From contig NIVC01004916.1 in NCBI GenBank assembly GCA_002269645.1, forward strand, positions 1 to 31,581: a DNA stretch of 31,581 nt, written 5' to 3'. Below are positions 18,201-29,639 of this stretch, one piece after another. Each line of letters begins with the position of its first letter. Positions within the stretch are counted from its first letter, which is position 1. Both the position numbers and the translations under genes were made by a program. Source of the DNA: Macrostomum lignano. Taxonomy: Eukaryota. Under the pieces are notes generated by a model, which was not told where the DNA came from, ran no database searches, and saw only the letters and a list, made by a program, of their open reading frames with translations.

Positions 18201-21200
18201 GGAGAACCGTCTGGGCCAGTTCGGGAAATGGGCCAATCATGCTGCTGGCCACAGTAACGCCCTCGGACGATGACAGCTGGCGCAGCCAATTGCAAGCGCG
18301 CTCATAGCGTTCGTTCATGTCCGTGAGGGTCACGTCTCGGCAGCGCAGGAGCACCCACAGTGGCCGGATTAGCAGAACGTCAGCAATTCCGAGTGCACGG
18401 CAGCCACTCAGCAGCAAATCAGATGCCAAGTCAGCCTGCACTGCGATCAGCAGGCGGTTGCTGCAGGTGTACTCAGCCAGGAACTCGGACAGGCGGTCTC
18501 GCTGCCAGAAAATGTTTCCCCCGTTGGGAAATGTGATGTAGGCGCGGTTGCCACGGAAGTCGTCCAAACGAAGGGACGGTGCGCCCTTCGACTCCAGATA
18601 CGTTTGAAGCGGAATCGCAACGCCACACTGTTCACTGCCCAGGGCATGGAACGCCTTGCAGACGGTGCGGATTAGACGCTGCGTGCCAGATTCAGCTTGG
18701 GACGGGCGGAAGCCAGGGAGGGCAGCAGATCCGACGGCCTCTGCAGCCATGCAAGTCTCCCACTCGCGCAGCGCAGCTTCTGCGGCAGCAGCAAGATTTA
18801 CAATCACATGCATGCCGCAGAACAGTGCAGTCACAGGTGGAGGTGGGTTCACGCCTTGCTGGGTTGCCAGCTCCTGCCGCATCTCGTTGAGCAGTACGTT
18901 GAGGCACTTGTTGACCACGTGTCGGTCAGTCATTAGGAAGTTGACGCGTGCCAGTAGATTACACTTCAGGCGGCGTCTCTCTTCGTCGCTCGAGTGGGCA
19001 AGAACTACCGAGCAAAACAGATCGACCAGCTCTTCCACCGAGTAGTCCAGTTCGCGGGCGTAGATGTTCGCGGTGCCACCCTCGACCTCGCGAAGAGAAA
19101 CAGCCATCGGGCGGCTGTCCCCAGTGTCAACCTATGAATGGTGCATATGTAATACAAAGCATATTGTGAATATAAAAGTTCATTCTTATTAACTAAAAGT
19201 TCTCTTTTTGTGAATATTAATAATAATAATTAATTATTAAATTCATTTCCTTCCTTTAAGTCCAATTATTTGTCAATATGCACGAAAATGCATTACTCAA
19301 GTTTACCTGGTAGGCGGCATAGTGTCGGCCCTTCTTGCTGGTAGCATCATGCAAGATCGTTATTGGTCGGTCCTCCTTTGCCCCCTGATGCAGCAGCTTC
19401 TCCATCGCGCTCGCCTTAGCTAGGCAGCTGCCAAGGCTGTAGCTCAAAGCACTGACCTGCGAACGCGACGGAAGCGCCAAGTTGCCGGCGTCGATGCCAA
19501 CGAGGTCCGTGAGGACGCGTCGAATCGCTGGCTTGACGTGCTGCACAGGGACGTGGCAGTCCAGCACCAAGTGCATACAGGTGCTGATGACCTGGTTCGT
19601 GTACTGCTGTCCTCCACTCGGACGTGATGTCTTGGTGATGATGGAGCCCACACTCTGCTGTTGAAGCTTCTCGTTTGCTTCACAGATGAGGCCGTGCAAA
19701 CTGCGGGTATCGGCTCTGAGCTCCTTCACTCTCTCAGTGGCGAGCTGACTTGACTTGCTACGGCTGTTGGCACGCCTCAAGCGCAGGTCACGCCTACGGC
19801 TGGCAGATGATGCAAAGGCCTGCCGCTTGGCATGCTCAGCACGCAGCTTGTCGTATCTGCCTTGTAGCCGTCTGAGACGCTGATTCCAGACGCGAATTTC
19901 AGGCCGCTTGGCTAGCTTAGCCCTCAGTCGCCGGACTTCAGCTTTCTGCTCGGCCAGGGCGGCCTTCAGCTGCGCAACTTTGGCTTTGGCCTTGTGAACT
20001 CGCAGATCAACAATGGCTGCCTCGATGCCGATCTTCTCTTCGACAGAGACACTCATGCCAGACTGCTTCGATTGGTCAAGCCTTGCTGGAGTCGGTGAGT
20101 TCGAGGCCATTGGCATTGGTGATGTTGACAAAGGCACAATCGGCATTGCCATTGGGTTCAACAGCTGTTGCAATGCCGCTGGAGGTTCGAATTCTCGTGC
20201 CAAATGGGCCTCATATGTCGAGATGCCATCACCAGACGCAGCCTCACGAGTGTGACTCTTCAGCAGAATTTGGGCTTCTCTCTCTAAATCCTTAATCCTT
20301 TTCAGGAGTGCCTTCTTCAGATTGTCAGAGACAAACTCCATCAAGTGAGAAGGTAGCCCAACCAGTTTCAGAATCGGCTGGGCCTTGTCAAGTCCTGTAT
20401 GGGCCTGGCTGCTGGACTTGAGATGAGTAATCACCTGGCCATTGGTGACTGGGCGAATGGATGATCTGGACCTGCCACGAAGCCGAAGGTTGGGCTTGGT
20501 CTTGGGTGTGGAGGATGTGGCCATAGATAGTATTGTTTAGTCAGTCAGTACTCCAGTAGTCTACTCCAGTGGCAGCTGGAATGGTAACATATTGATTGAC
20601 TTACTGAGTTACTCAGGTGATTCAGTGCCAAATAAGTATGAATATGTCTCATTATCAATAATGAGACATATAATTTATGTCTCAGTTATCAATAGTTTAT
20701 AATATATTTGTAATATTTATAATAATATAAATAAACTTATAATATATTATTTATTATGATACATTTAATTTTAATTTATAATAATATAATAAATATAATT
20801 TATTATGTTTTTTAAATTTAGTATAATAAATTTATAATAATTTATCAATAAAATCAAATTGTAGCTTTAAAAAGCATATGTATTGCCCCCGTGACCACAC
20901 ACAGTTATCATTTTTCCTATACTTAGTGCAAAATAACTTAAGAAGAAAGGACACCACTGACTTGCCTTGTACATAGCAAGCAAGGCAAGAAAAAAAGCAA
21001 AAAAATGACACCAAGAACAGCAAAATTGGTAATACAAAACGAAAGTTCTTGCTGGTCAACCACGAAAAAAACAAATATTTTGGAAAAAATGATCACAGCC
21101 CATAATGCAAATATCCCATAAGAGAATCCGCAAAAAATGGTCACTAAAATGGCCACAACTTTCTTATTCCTTTACCAAATCTAATAATATAATACTTTTT

Positions 21201-21282
21201 GCAAACAAGAAAGTAAGATCTATCAGATAAGCATAAAAAATCTGTCAGACTTTTAACTTTCAAAATCTCACTGGAGTCCCTA
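15238..21282 (-). mobile_element. ~6.0-kb DNA transposon (hAT-like DDE/CxxH) nested in the 3' UTR of mariner 2
   Basis: 16-bp imperfect TIRs: TAGAGACTCCGGCGAG (15238-15253) and the reverse complement TAGGGACTCCAGTGAG (21267-21282), 13/16 identical. ATTAGA lies at 15232-15237 and 21286-21291. An intact transposase gene lies inside. Exact termini and TSD are uncertain. Confidence 0.65.
16642..20524 (-). CDS. Intact 4-exon transposase-like protein, ~1171 aa: N-terminal helical/coiled-coil region, RNase-H-fold DDE core with CxxH, RG/RGG box, Spin/Ssty-type Tudor-like domain, poly-Asp tail. Exons: 20524-19307, 19131-18115, 17998-17440, 17363-16642.
   Basis: Four consecutive minus-strand ORFs join through GT..AG introns of 175, 116 and 76 nt (phases 0,0,1) with no stop. 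Motifs by manual count: LHDATSKKG (D393), FLMTDRH (D475), FCGMH (C511/H514), KDNVAVERGFG (E790). This layout matches the D..D..CxxH..E arrangement of hAT/P/MULE-type transposases. Confidence 0.85.
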
Positions 21283-21328
21283 CTGATTAGATTATTTATA
21301 GTCATGAAATACAATTTCCAAGTTATAG

Positions 21329-22550
21329 CTACCAATCACTGTCACTGTCGCTTCTATTGCCAGATGCGTCCATAGACTGATTGCTGGCTCGCTCCATGTA
21401 TTCGCCATTTATGGAGATGCATTTTTGGTAGCGCTCAATCAGCTTGTCAAAGCCAGACTCCCAGATTGGCATCTTCATTGGGCCAAAGAGATGAAAATCG
21501 GCAATGGCAAGATCGGGACTATAGCATACGTGCGCAACCTTGGGAATCACCCGGCCATTTCTATTGGCAACACACACATGTAAGTCACTATTGGCTGAGA
21601 GCAGTCACGTGACTACTTTTCTGTCCAATAGTGACATACATGTGTGTGTTGCCAATAGAAACGGCCGAGTGAATCCCAAGGTTGCGCCCAAGCATGGACT
21701 GTAGGCTGGGTAGTTCAGCAGTCAGAAGCCTAGCTCTTCCGCCTTGGCTTGCATGCAAGCGGCAGCATGAGGACACACATTGTCCCAGAGAATGAAGGGT
21801 TTCTGGCACATAATGCGACACTTACTCAGAACGGCATCACGCAGGCGGTGGAGCTGATTGATGACATAGTTGGCATTGATGGTCTGACCTTGGGGCAGGT
21901 GGTCAACCATTAGCACACCACGAGCATCAAACCACATAGTGCACATGACACTCTGCATCCATGCCGACTTCATGGCCTTCTGGTGCAGGTGGCTTCCTTT
22001 TGGGCCCCAATGCATAGTCTGCTGTTTTGTCTGCGTTGAAACATGGGCAGCAGTGTTTCATCCATTGTGATGAGCAGCTCTTTGAACTTGCTGTCACCCA
22101 GTTCGTTCTATAATGCCCAGTTCTCTAGCGAGTAACGCACGCATGCTTTCTTGTGCTCTTCCGTCAGTTCACGTGGCACCCACTTTGCACAAATCTTGGA
22201 GTAGCCTTGGCATTGCAGAATGCGGCACATAGATGAGTAGTGGATTCCAACAAACTCTCCATTTCACGCATGCATGCAGATGGATTTTCTTTCAAATAGT
22301 CAAGCACAGCAGTTGTTTTGTCATGACCTGTGCTCGAGCGAGGATGCCCAGATCAAGAGGCATTAGCGATGTTGGTGACACCATCAGCAGCGAGTCAGTG
22401 ATGCTCAAACACTTAAGTGCAACCCAGGGCATGAACACCGAAAGCAAGACGCACCTCATCAAAGGTCTGTATTGCTGTTTTGCCCTGTTGTTGGCATGCC
22501 ATGATAAAGTGGCGCTGGCTTTCCTTAGACCCAAACTCCGATGGATTCTT
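21329..22550 (-). pseudogene. Mariner transposase pseudogene, interrupted by a MITE and with an internal deletion
   Basis: Motifs seen: YSKICAKWVPRELT, ITMDET, MWFDARGVLMVDHLPQGQTINANY, LWDNVCPH, and YPAYSPDLAIADFHLFGPMK (after removing the MITE), then GFDKLIERYQKC and GEYM. D-D spacing is 34. The segment between FGPMK and GFDKL is shorter than in typical mariners. Confidence 0.92.
21525..21696. mobile_element. 172-bp palindromic MITE with 8-bp TSD (hAT-type)
   Basis: ~63-bp arms with 4 mismatches (GCGCAACCTTGGGAATCACCCGGCC...ATTGG / CCAAT...GGTTGCGC) and CAT...ATG termini. It is flanked by GACTATAG (21517-21524) and GACTGTAG (21697-21704). Removing the insert and one TSD restores YSPDL in frame. 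Confidence 0.88.
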
Positions 22551-24103
22551 CGGTCAACTCAGTTTCGCTCACTTTGGTTTGTGAAAAATCGTGTCAATAG
22601 CTTCAAAGGGTTGCAACTTATTTTGGCCCTGATGTAACCTGTGATTGACTAAGCTGCAAAAATTTTTAGGAAAGGTTTTTTTCTATGGCTGAATACAAGT
22701 ACCATAGACATCAATTTTCAGCCAAATCAAACACGAATTGTCACCAGGATTAGCATTAGTCCAGAAACTTTTGCAATACCCCTTGTATTTAGAATTTTCA
22801 GGTTCTAATGAAATATACACAATTGCATACAAAAATAGCCAAGTTCAAGGCTAATGTAATCATGTAGTAATGTAACCAACCAATATTAAAAGCTCTTTAA
22901 AAACAATCAAAAACTTGATAAAATAGAAAATATTAACTTAATCATAAGAAAAACAAAATTAAAACAAAGAATAGTAGTTTTTAGCAAAAAAATAGCCATT
23001 TTAAGGTTTAGTAAAACAATTAAATTCCTAAAAATATATTTTTTTAAAAAAAATTTTAAACAGTTTTAGGTGTGGTAAAACATTTTTTTATTTTATATTT
23101 GTATAAAATTAAAAAAACATTATTTTTCATTCTGGCATATACCTGCCATAATCCAGACTATGGCATAAATAGAAATTTTTTTAAGGTAAAATATTTGTAT
23201 CATTTATATTAATTTTATTATGCCATTGGTAATGTTATTAAAAATTTAGCAATATTGCAAAAATAACATTTTATCAAATTTTGGCTTATAAGATACCAAA
23301 ATTGACTAAATTTTGGCACAAAGGTAAAACTCTTTCCTAACACATGGTAAACATATTTTTGACCAAAAAAATCAAAGCACAATATGTATATAAGAATTAA
23401 GTCACAAATATAAATATAGCAAACTATAAGCTATATTTATGAATTCTTTCTTAGAAAATATAGTATTTAAATTTCTGCTCAAAGTTATATTTTTGTTTAA
23501 ATGTTCTAAAATCAAATAATATTCTACAAAATAAAAGTTTGTTTTAACTATATCATTTGACAGACATGCTCAACCTCCAAAATTTGGTCGGTTGTGCAAC
23601 TTAGTTTTAACAAAAATGCGACAGTTTTTGGTAAAAATGCAACTTATATAAAAGAAGCCCTAAAGCAAAATTAATGCAACTTTGGGTAAACAGTAGGAGT
23701 AACTTGACTGTCTTATTAAGGCCAAATGCCTCATCATCTACTTAGTACTACTTTGGTATTTATTCAGATAGGCATTTTTGCAACTTACCTTGATTGGCTG
23801 CTAAATTGGTTGGCCGGATCAGCCAACTTGGCCAACTGTTGTGCATGTATGTCATTTGAACTATATAAATAGGAGCCCAGAGTAGGCCAAGTAAATAGCA
23901 ACTTAAGATTATGACAATTTGTCTATTCAACATCTTGCAAGCTTGAGCTAACAAAGTCATTTGCATATTAAATTGCTATTTGCAGTATTTAAAAGACTTA
24001 TTCATTTCTTAGAGCAAAACCCTCAGTTGGGAATATTAGAAATCCACTAAATGCAAGAATCGCCTTGGCATTAATCCCAAATGACAATATTACTGCCAAG
24101 ATT

Positions 24104-27100
24104 ATGAGTTGGCATCAAGCATTGGCACTGGGGCTGCTGCTGGCCTGGCAGTTGGCTGGCACAGCTCTGGCACAGACTGGTACCGGCTGTCCATTCACTG
24201 GAGACGACAGGCGCTACATAATGCCGCTATTCTCAATTGATTCCGGCCAAGACACAACCATGTTCATCACTGACAACACTCTGACCTATAGGCAAGGCTT
24301 CCTGCAGTCATACAAAGCCACTTGCGTCCGCGTGCTCGATAGGAATAGGAAAGAGCCCGAACAGCAGTCCAAGTGGAACATGCTGGTGCTCTATCGCAAT
24401 GACACAACATCCGGGAGCCGGGAGATTTACTTCTGCGCCAAATTCTATTGGCAATCGATTAATATAATCCAGTATCAGCTGAGCGGAGTCTACGCCACCA
24501 CAGCCAGCGATGCCGCTTCCAGGTGCACCATCTTTGAGTCTAATAATCGGTATAGCTTTGCAGTTGTCGGCTTCTCCCAGCAATACCAGATTTACAATTG
24601 TAAAACCATCCTGGAGGGCGTGTTCTGGTTCACTTATCAGCTCAAGGATTCTTCTAGGACGCCGTGCGACGCTCTGACTAATAAGATTAAGGCCTGCCAG
24701 AGGGCCGGCTCGCAGGAGCGAGACAGCTACATTGCTACATTCAACTGGGGCCAGTGCCCCGGCCTGGCGGCGACCAAGGACACAGGCCAGCAGAACTATT
24801 ACTGCTACGGAATGTGGACAGACAATAATAATAATGTTTACGCCGCGGTTGGCATGGACCAGGCCGATACTAAGTTCAAATACCGCTGCCTGGTTACTAG
24901 GAAGGATCAGAACGAGCGTAGTATACTTTACCGCTGGGGCATGACCGTCGATGCCGACTGTTCTACCTTGAAATCGCCAGACGAATCCCCGATGAAGCTG
25001 ATACTGCGGCCTACGCTGGACTCCACTGATCAGGTGCCCCAGCTGCGGCCGGGTTGCAATCTGCCTAAGAATTTCACCGGCGTCTGGTTCCAGCCAGCCG
25101 AGTACCAGACGGACGTGTACATCAATGCCACCACCATCAAGTTGCGGCGTCAGCTGAACCAGTACCAGTGGGAGGAGGTGTACTTTGTCTGCAGACAGGT
25201 ACGACTGGCATCTGCTCACTTTATTTCTATTTATTCCACTGCAGGGGATAGCAGTGCTACTGAATAGCCACAGCAGGGGTAGCAGTGCTACTGAATAGCC
25301 ACAGCAGGGGTAGCAGTGCTACTGAATAGCCACAGCAGGGGTAGCAGTGCTACTGAATAGCCACAGCAGGGGTAGCAGTGCTACTGAATAGCCACAGCAG
25401 GGGTAGCAGTGCTACTGAATAGCCACAGCAGGGGTAGCAATGCTACTGAATAGCCACAGCAGGGGTAGCAGTGCTACTGAATAGCCACAGCAGGGGTAGC
25501 AGTGCTACTGAATAGCCACAGCAGGGGTAGCAGTGCTACTGAATAGCCACAGCAGAGGTAGCAGTGCTACTGAATAGCCACAGCAGAGGTAGCAGTGCTA
25601 CTGAATAGCCACAGCAGAGGTAGCAGTGCTACTGAATAGCCACAGCAGGGGTAGCAGTGCTACTGAATAGCCACTGCAGGGTAGCAGTGCTACTGAATAG
25701 CCACAGCAGAGGTAGCAGTGCTACTGAATAGCCACAGCAGGGGTAGCAGTGCTACTGAATAGCCACAGCAGGGGTAGCAGTGCTACTGAATAGCCACAGC
25801 AGAGGTAGCAGTGCTACTGAATAGCCACAGCAGGGGTAGCAGTGCTACTGAATAGCCACAGCAGGGGTAGCAGTGCTACTGAATAGCCACAGCAGGGGTA
25901 GCAGTGCTACTGAATAGCCACAGCAGGGGTAGCAGTGCTACTGAATAGCCACTGCAGGGGTAGCAGTGCTACTGAATAGCCACAGCAGGGGTAGCAGTGC
26001 TACTGAATAGCCACAGCAGAGGTAGCAGTGCTACTGAATAGCCACAGCAGGGGTAGCAGTGCTACTGAATAGCCACAGCAGGGGTAGCAGTGCTACTGAA
26101 TAGCCACAGCAGGGGTAGCAGTGCTACTGAATAGCCACAGCAGAGGTAGCAGTGCTACTGAATAGCCACAGCAGGGGTAGCAGTGCTACTGAATAGCCAC
26201 AGCAGGGGTAGCAGTGCTACTGAATAGCCACTGCAGGGGTAGCAGTGCTACTGAATAGCCACTGCAGGGGTAGCAGTGCTACTGAATAGCCACAGCAGGG
26301 GTAGCAGTGCTACTGAATAGCCACAGCAGGGGTAGCAGTGCTACTGAATAGCCACAGCAGGGGTAGCAGTGCTACTGAATAGCCACAGCAGAGGTAGCAG
26401 TGCTACTGAATAGCCACAGCAGGGGTAGCAGTGCTACTGAATAGCCACTGCAGGGGTAGCAGTGCTACTGAATAGCCACTGCAGGGGTAGCAGTGCTACT
26501 GAATAGCCACAGCAGAGGTAGCAGTGCTACTGAATAGCCACTGCAGGGGTAGCAGTGCTACTGAATAGCCACAGCAGAGGTAGCAGTGCTACTGAATAGC
26601 CACAGCAGAGGTAGCAGTGCTACTGAATAGCCACAGCAGGGGTAGCAGTGCTACTGAATAGCCACAGCAGGGGTAGCAGTGCTACTGAATAGCCACAGCA
26701 GGGGTAGCAGTGCTACTGAATAGCCACAGCAGGGGTAGCAGTGCTACTGAATAGCCACTGCAGGGGTAGCAGTGCTACTGAATAGCCACAGCAGGGGTAG
26801 CAGTGCTACTGAATAGCCACAGCAGAGGTAGCAGTGCTACTGAATAGCCACAGCAGGGGTAGCAGTGCTACTGAATAGCCACAGCAGGGGTAGCAGTGCT
26901 ACTGAATAGCCACAGCAGGGGTAGCAGTGCTACTGAATAGCCACAGCAGAGGTAGCAGTGCTACTGAATAGCCACAGCAGGGGTAGCAGTGCTACTGAAT
27001 AGCCACAGCAGGGGTAGCAGTGCTACTGAATAGCCACTGCAGGGGTAGCAGTGCTACTGAATAGCCACTGCAGGGGTAGCAGTGCTACTGAATAGCCACA

Positions 27101-29639
27101 GCAGAGGTAGCAGTGCTACTGAATAGCCACAGCAGGGGTAGCAGTGCTACTGAATAGCCACTGCAGGGGTAGCAGTGCTACTGAATAGCCACAGCAGAGG
27201 TAGCAGTGCTACTGAATAGCCACAGCAGGGGTAGCAGTGCTACTGAATAGCCACTGCAGGGGTAGCAGTGCTACTGAATAGCCACTGCAGGGGTAGCAGT
27301 GCTACTGAATAGCCACAGCAGAGGTAGCAGTGCTACTGAATAGCCACAGCAGGGGTAGCAGTGCTACTGAATAGCCACAGCAGGGGTAGCAGTGCTACTG
27401 AATAGCCACAGCAGGGGTAGCAGTGCTACTGAATAGCCACTGCAGGGGTAGCAGTGCTACTGAATAGCCACAGCAGAGGTAGCAGTGCTACTGAATAGCC
27501 ACAGCAGGGGTAGCAGTGCTACTGAATAGCCACAGCAGGGGTAGCAGTGCTACTGAATAGCCACAGCAGGGGTAGCAGTGCTACTGAATAGCCACTGCAG
27601 GGGTAGCAGTGCTACTGAATAGCCACTGCAGGGGTAGCAGTGCTACTGAATAGCCACAGCAGAGGTAGCAGTGCTACTGAATAGCCACAGCAGGGGTAGC
27701 AGTGCTACTGAATAGCCACAGCAGGGGTAGCAGTGCTACTGAATAGCCACTGCAGGGGTAGCAGTGCTACTGAATAGCCACTGCAGGGGTAGCAGTGCTA
27801 CTGAATAGCCACTGCAGGGGTAGCAGTGCTACTGAATAGCCACAGCAGGGGTAGCAGTGCTACTGAATAGCCACAGCAGGGGTAGCAGTGCTACTGAATA
27901 GCCACAGCAGAGGTAGCAGTGCTCTACTGAATAGCCACAGCAGAGGTAGCAGTGCTACTGAATAGCCACAGCAGAGGTAGCAGTGCTACTGAATAGCCAC
28001 AGCAGGGGTAGCAGTGCTACTGAATAGCCACAGCAGAGGTAGCAGCTACTGAATAGCCACAGCAGAGGTAGCAGTGCTCATCTACAAAACACAAGAAAAC
28101 AATTGAATTCCCACAGTCTCAGGAGTCTCGCTACTTAATGGCCGTGGTGACCGAGGGCCGCTGCGACGTGGACTACATCTGCATGCACTTTATGCCTCGC
28201 CACCACAACATCATCAGATTTCGCATGTCCAAGCCCATTAAGCACGATCCAAATCACAATGAGGACAGTAATTATATGAGTAGGCGATTTCGCGAGGCCT
28301 GCGACTGGTTCTCCTTCACTATGGACCAGGTTGAGTGGACCTACGAGTACTTTGTACTCAATCCGCCTGTGCCTATTAACTGTCCTATTCAAGGCCGCTT
28401 TAAATTCAATATGGTTGGCCAGGAGTCCGAGTTCTATTTTACCAAGATTCCTGCCGGAGTGACGCCTCGGCCTCGGTGAGGGCTTCAATGCTTTTGTGGG
28501 AGTTTTATTGGGTCCCAAACACATGTGGTTGGCCTTGATCATCTAGGACATTCCTGACAACTCTTATTGTAGTCAGCCATAGTAATGAAGTTCTATTTTT
28601 TTATTGATTTTTTAGTTAACCTTGAGATTGAGCATGAGAAATCCGAAAAAATTAAGTTCGTGACCTTGAGATTCAGGGGAATCCCTACAAGTAAGTTTGG
28701 GTGACCTTGAGATCCAGGAGAATCCCTACCAAATAAGTTTAGGTGACCCTGAGATCCTGGGTATCCCTACCAAATAAGCGGGTGACCTTGAGATCCGGGG
28801 GAATCCCTACCAAATAAGCGTGGGTGGCCTTGAGATCCGGGGAATCCCTACCAAATAAACGTGGGTGACCTTGAGATCCGGGGGAATCCCTACCAAATAA
28901 GCGTGGGTGACCTTGAGATCCGGGGGAATCCCTACCAAATAAGCGTGGGTGACCTTGAGATCCGGGGAATCCCTACCAAATAAGCGTGGGTGGCCTTGAG
29001 ATCCGGGGGAATTCCTACCAAATAAGCGTGGGTGACCTTGAGATCCTGGGAAATTCCGGAAGAAATCTTAGAAATTCGATTTGAACCAACTGCAGAGTTC
29101 AAGTGGTCTGCGATCAGTACTGGGAGTCCGACATGCACGCCTGCATCGGCGAGAACAAGCAGCTCAGTCTGGACGTTCAACGCTGCATGCGGCTGGATCA
29201 CATCGGCCGGCCGCTGTCCGAGTATGACGTGCCCGACAATATTCTCACCTGCGTCGGCTACTGGATGGAGGATGCCAAATCCTACATGATAACCTTTGAC
29301 CCGGCCGATCCCGTGGTTGGCAATTTCCGCTGCTGGATCTACAGGCGGACCGGCCTGCGCACGTACCGGATGTCGCGCAGCATGGCCTCTAAGTGCATGC
29401 CGGACCAGACCAGCTCCAGCGCCTATCCATCAGAGAGTGCCAGCCTCATGCTCGAGCTGACTGACAACGAGCGGCTATTCGATCAGTGCCCGATGAAATT
29501 CGATTTCGGCAAAGATCCGTACACCAACACCTTCCAATTGGAGGTATTTGCCCACGCTGGCAGGCTTAGCCCGACTATGCGACCGGCACTGCTAGCCTGT
29601 CTGGTTGCCATGGTTACTGCTGCTATGCATTCCATCTAG
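24104..29639 (+). CDS. Secreted, probably GPI-anchored, Cys-rich protein of unknown function, ~665 aa; exons 24104-25198, 28117-28475, 29096-29639
   Basis: Signal peptide MSWHQALALGLLLAWQLAGTALA and hydrophobic C-terminus RPALLACLVAMVTAAMHSI. GT..AG introns of phase 0 and 2 join three ORFs without a stop. There is an internal duplicated architecture (YYCYGMW..KYRCL vs LTCVGYW..NFRCW). From memory it resembles the invertebrate DUF7042/7043/7044 family; this was not checked. Confidence 0.85.
25236..28079. repeat. 31-bp minisatellite (CAGCAGGGGTAGCAGTGCTACTGAATAGCCA), ~91 units, filling intron 1 of the secreted-protein gene
   Basis: Period of 31 measured (25261 to 25292). Three main variants occur (CAGCAGGGG, CAGCAGAGG, CTGCAGGGG). 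Confidence 0.98.
28658..29052. repeat. 41-42 bp minisatellite (GTGGGTGACCTTGAGATCCGGGGGAATCCCTACCAAATAAGC), ~9-10 units, in intron 2
   Basis: Periods of 42, 42 and 41 measured at 28861, 28903, 28945 and 28986. Confidence 0.93.

Larger units (their letters stand above)
15066..22787 (-). mobile_element. Second mariner (DD34D), decayed, expanded to 7.7 kb by two nested insertions
   Basis: TIRs are TACGAGGGGTGTTGCAAAAGTTTCTAGACTAATGCT (15066-15101) and the reverse complement at 22752-22787 (33/36 identical), with TA termini. Weaker inverted similarity continues inward to at least ~70 bp. The transposase remnant lies at 21329-22550. Confidence 0.82.

Noticed and set aside
15102-21397. CTTCATG/CTCCATG as a 7-bp TSD marking the large insertion
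   Set aside because: No inverted termini lie next to these 7-mers. The mariner-like subterminal similarity continues past 15108, and better TIRs exist at 15238 and 21282.
24308-25219. 303-aa antisense ORF, and similar antisense ORFs over the transposase and kinase exons
   Set aside because: These are shadow ORFs of GC-rich coding sequence with no recognisable motifs.
25236-28079. CRISPR-like appearance (~30-bp palindromic repeats)
   Set aside because: The units are head-to-tail with no unique spacers, there are no cas genes, and the context is a eukaryotic intron.
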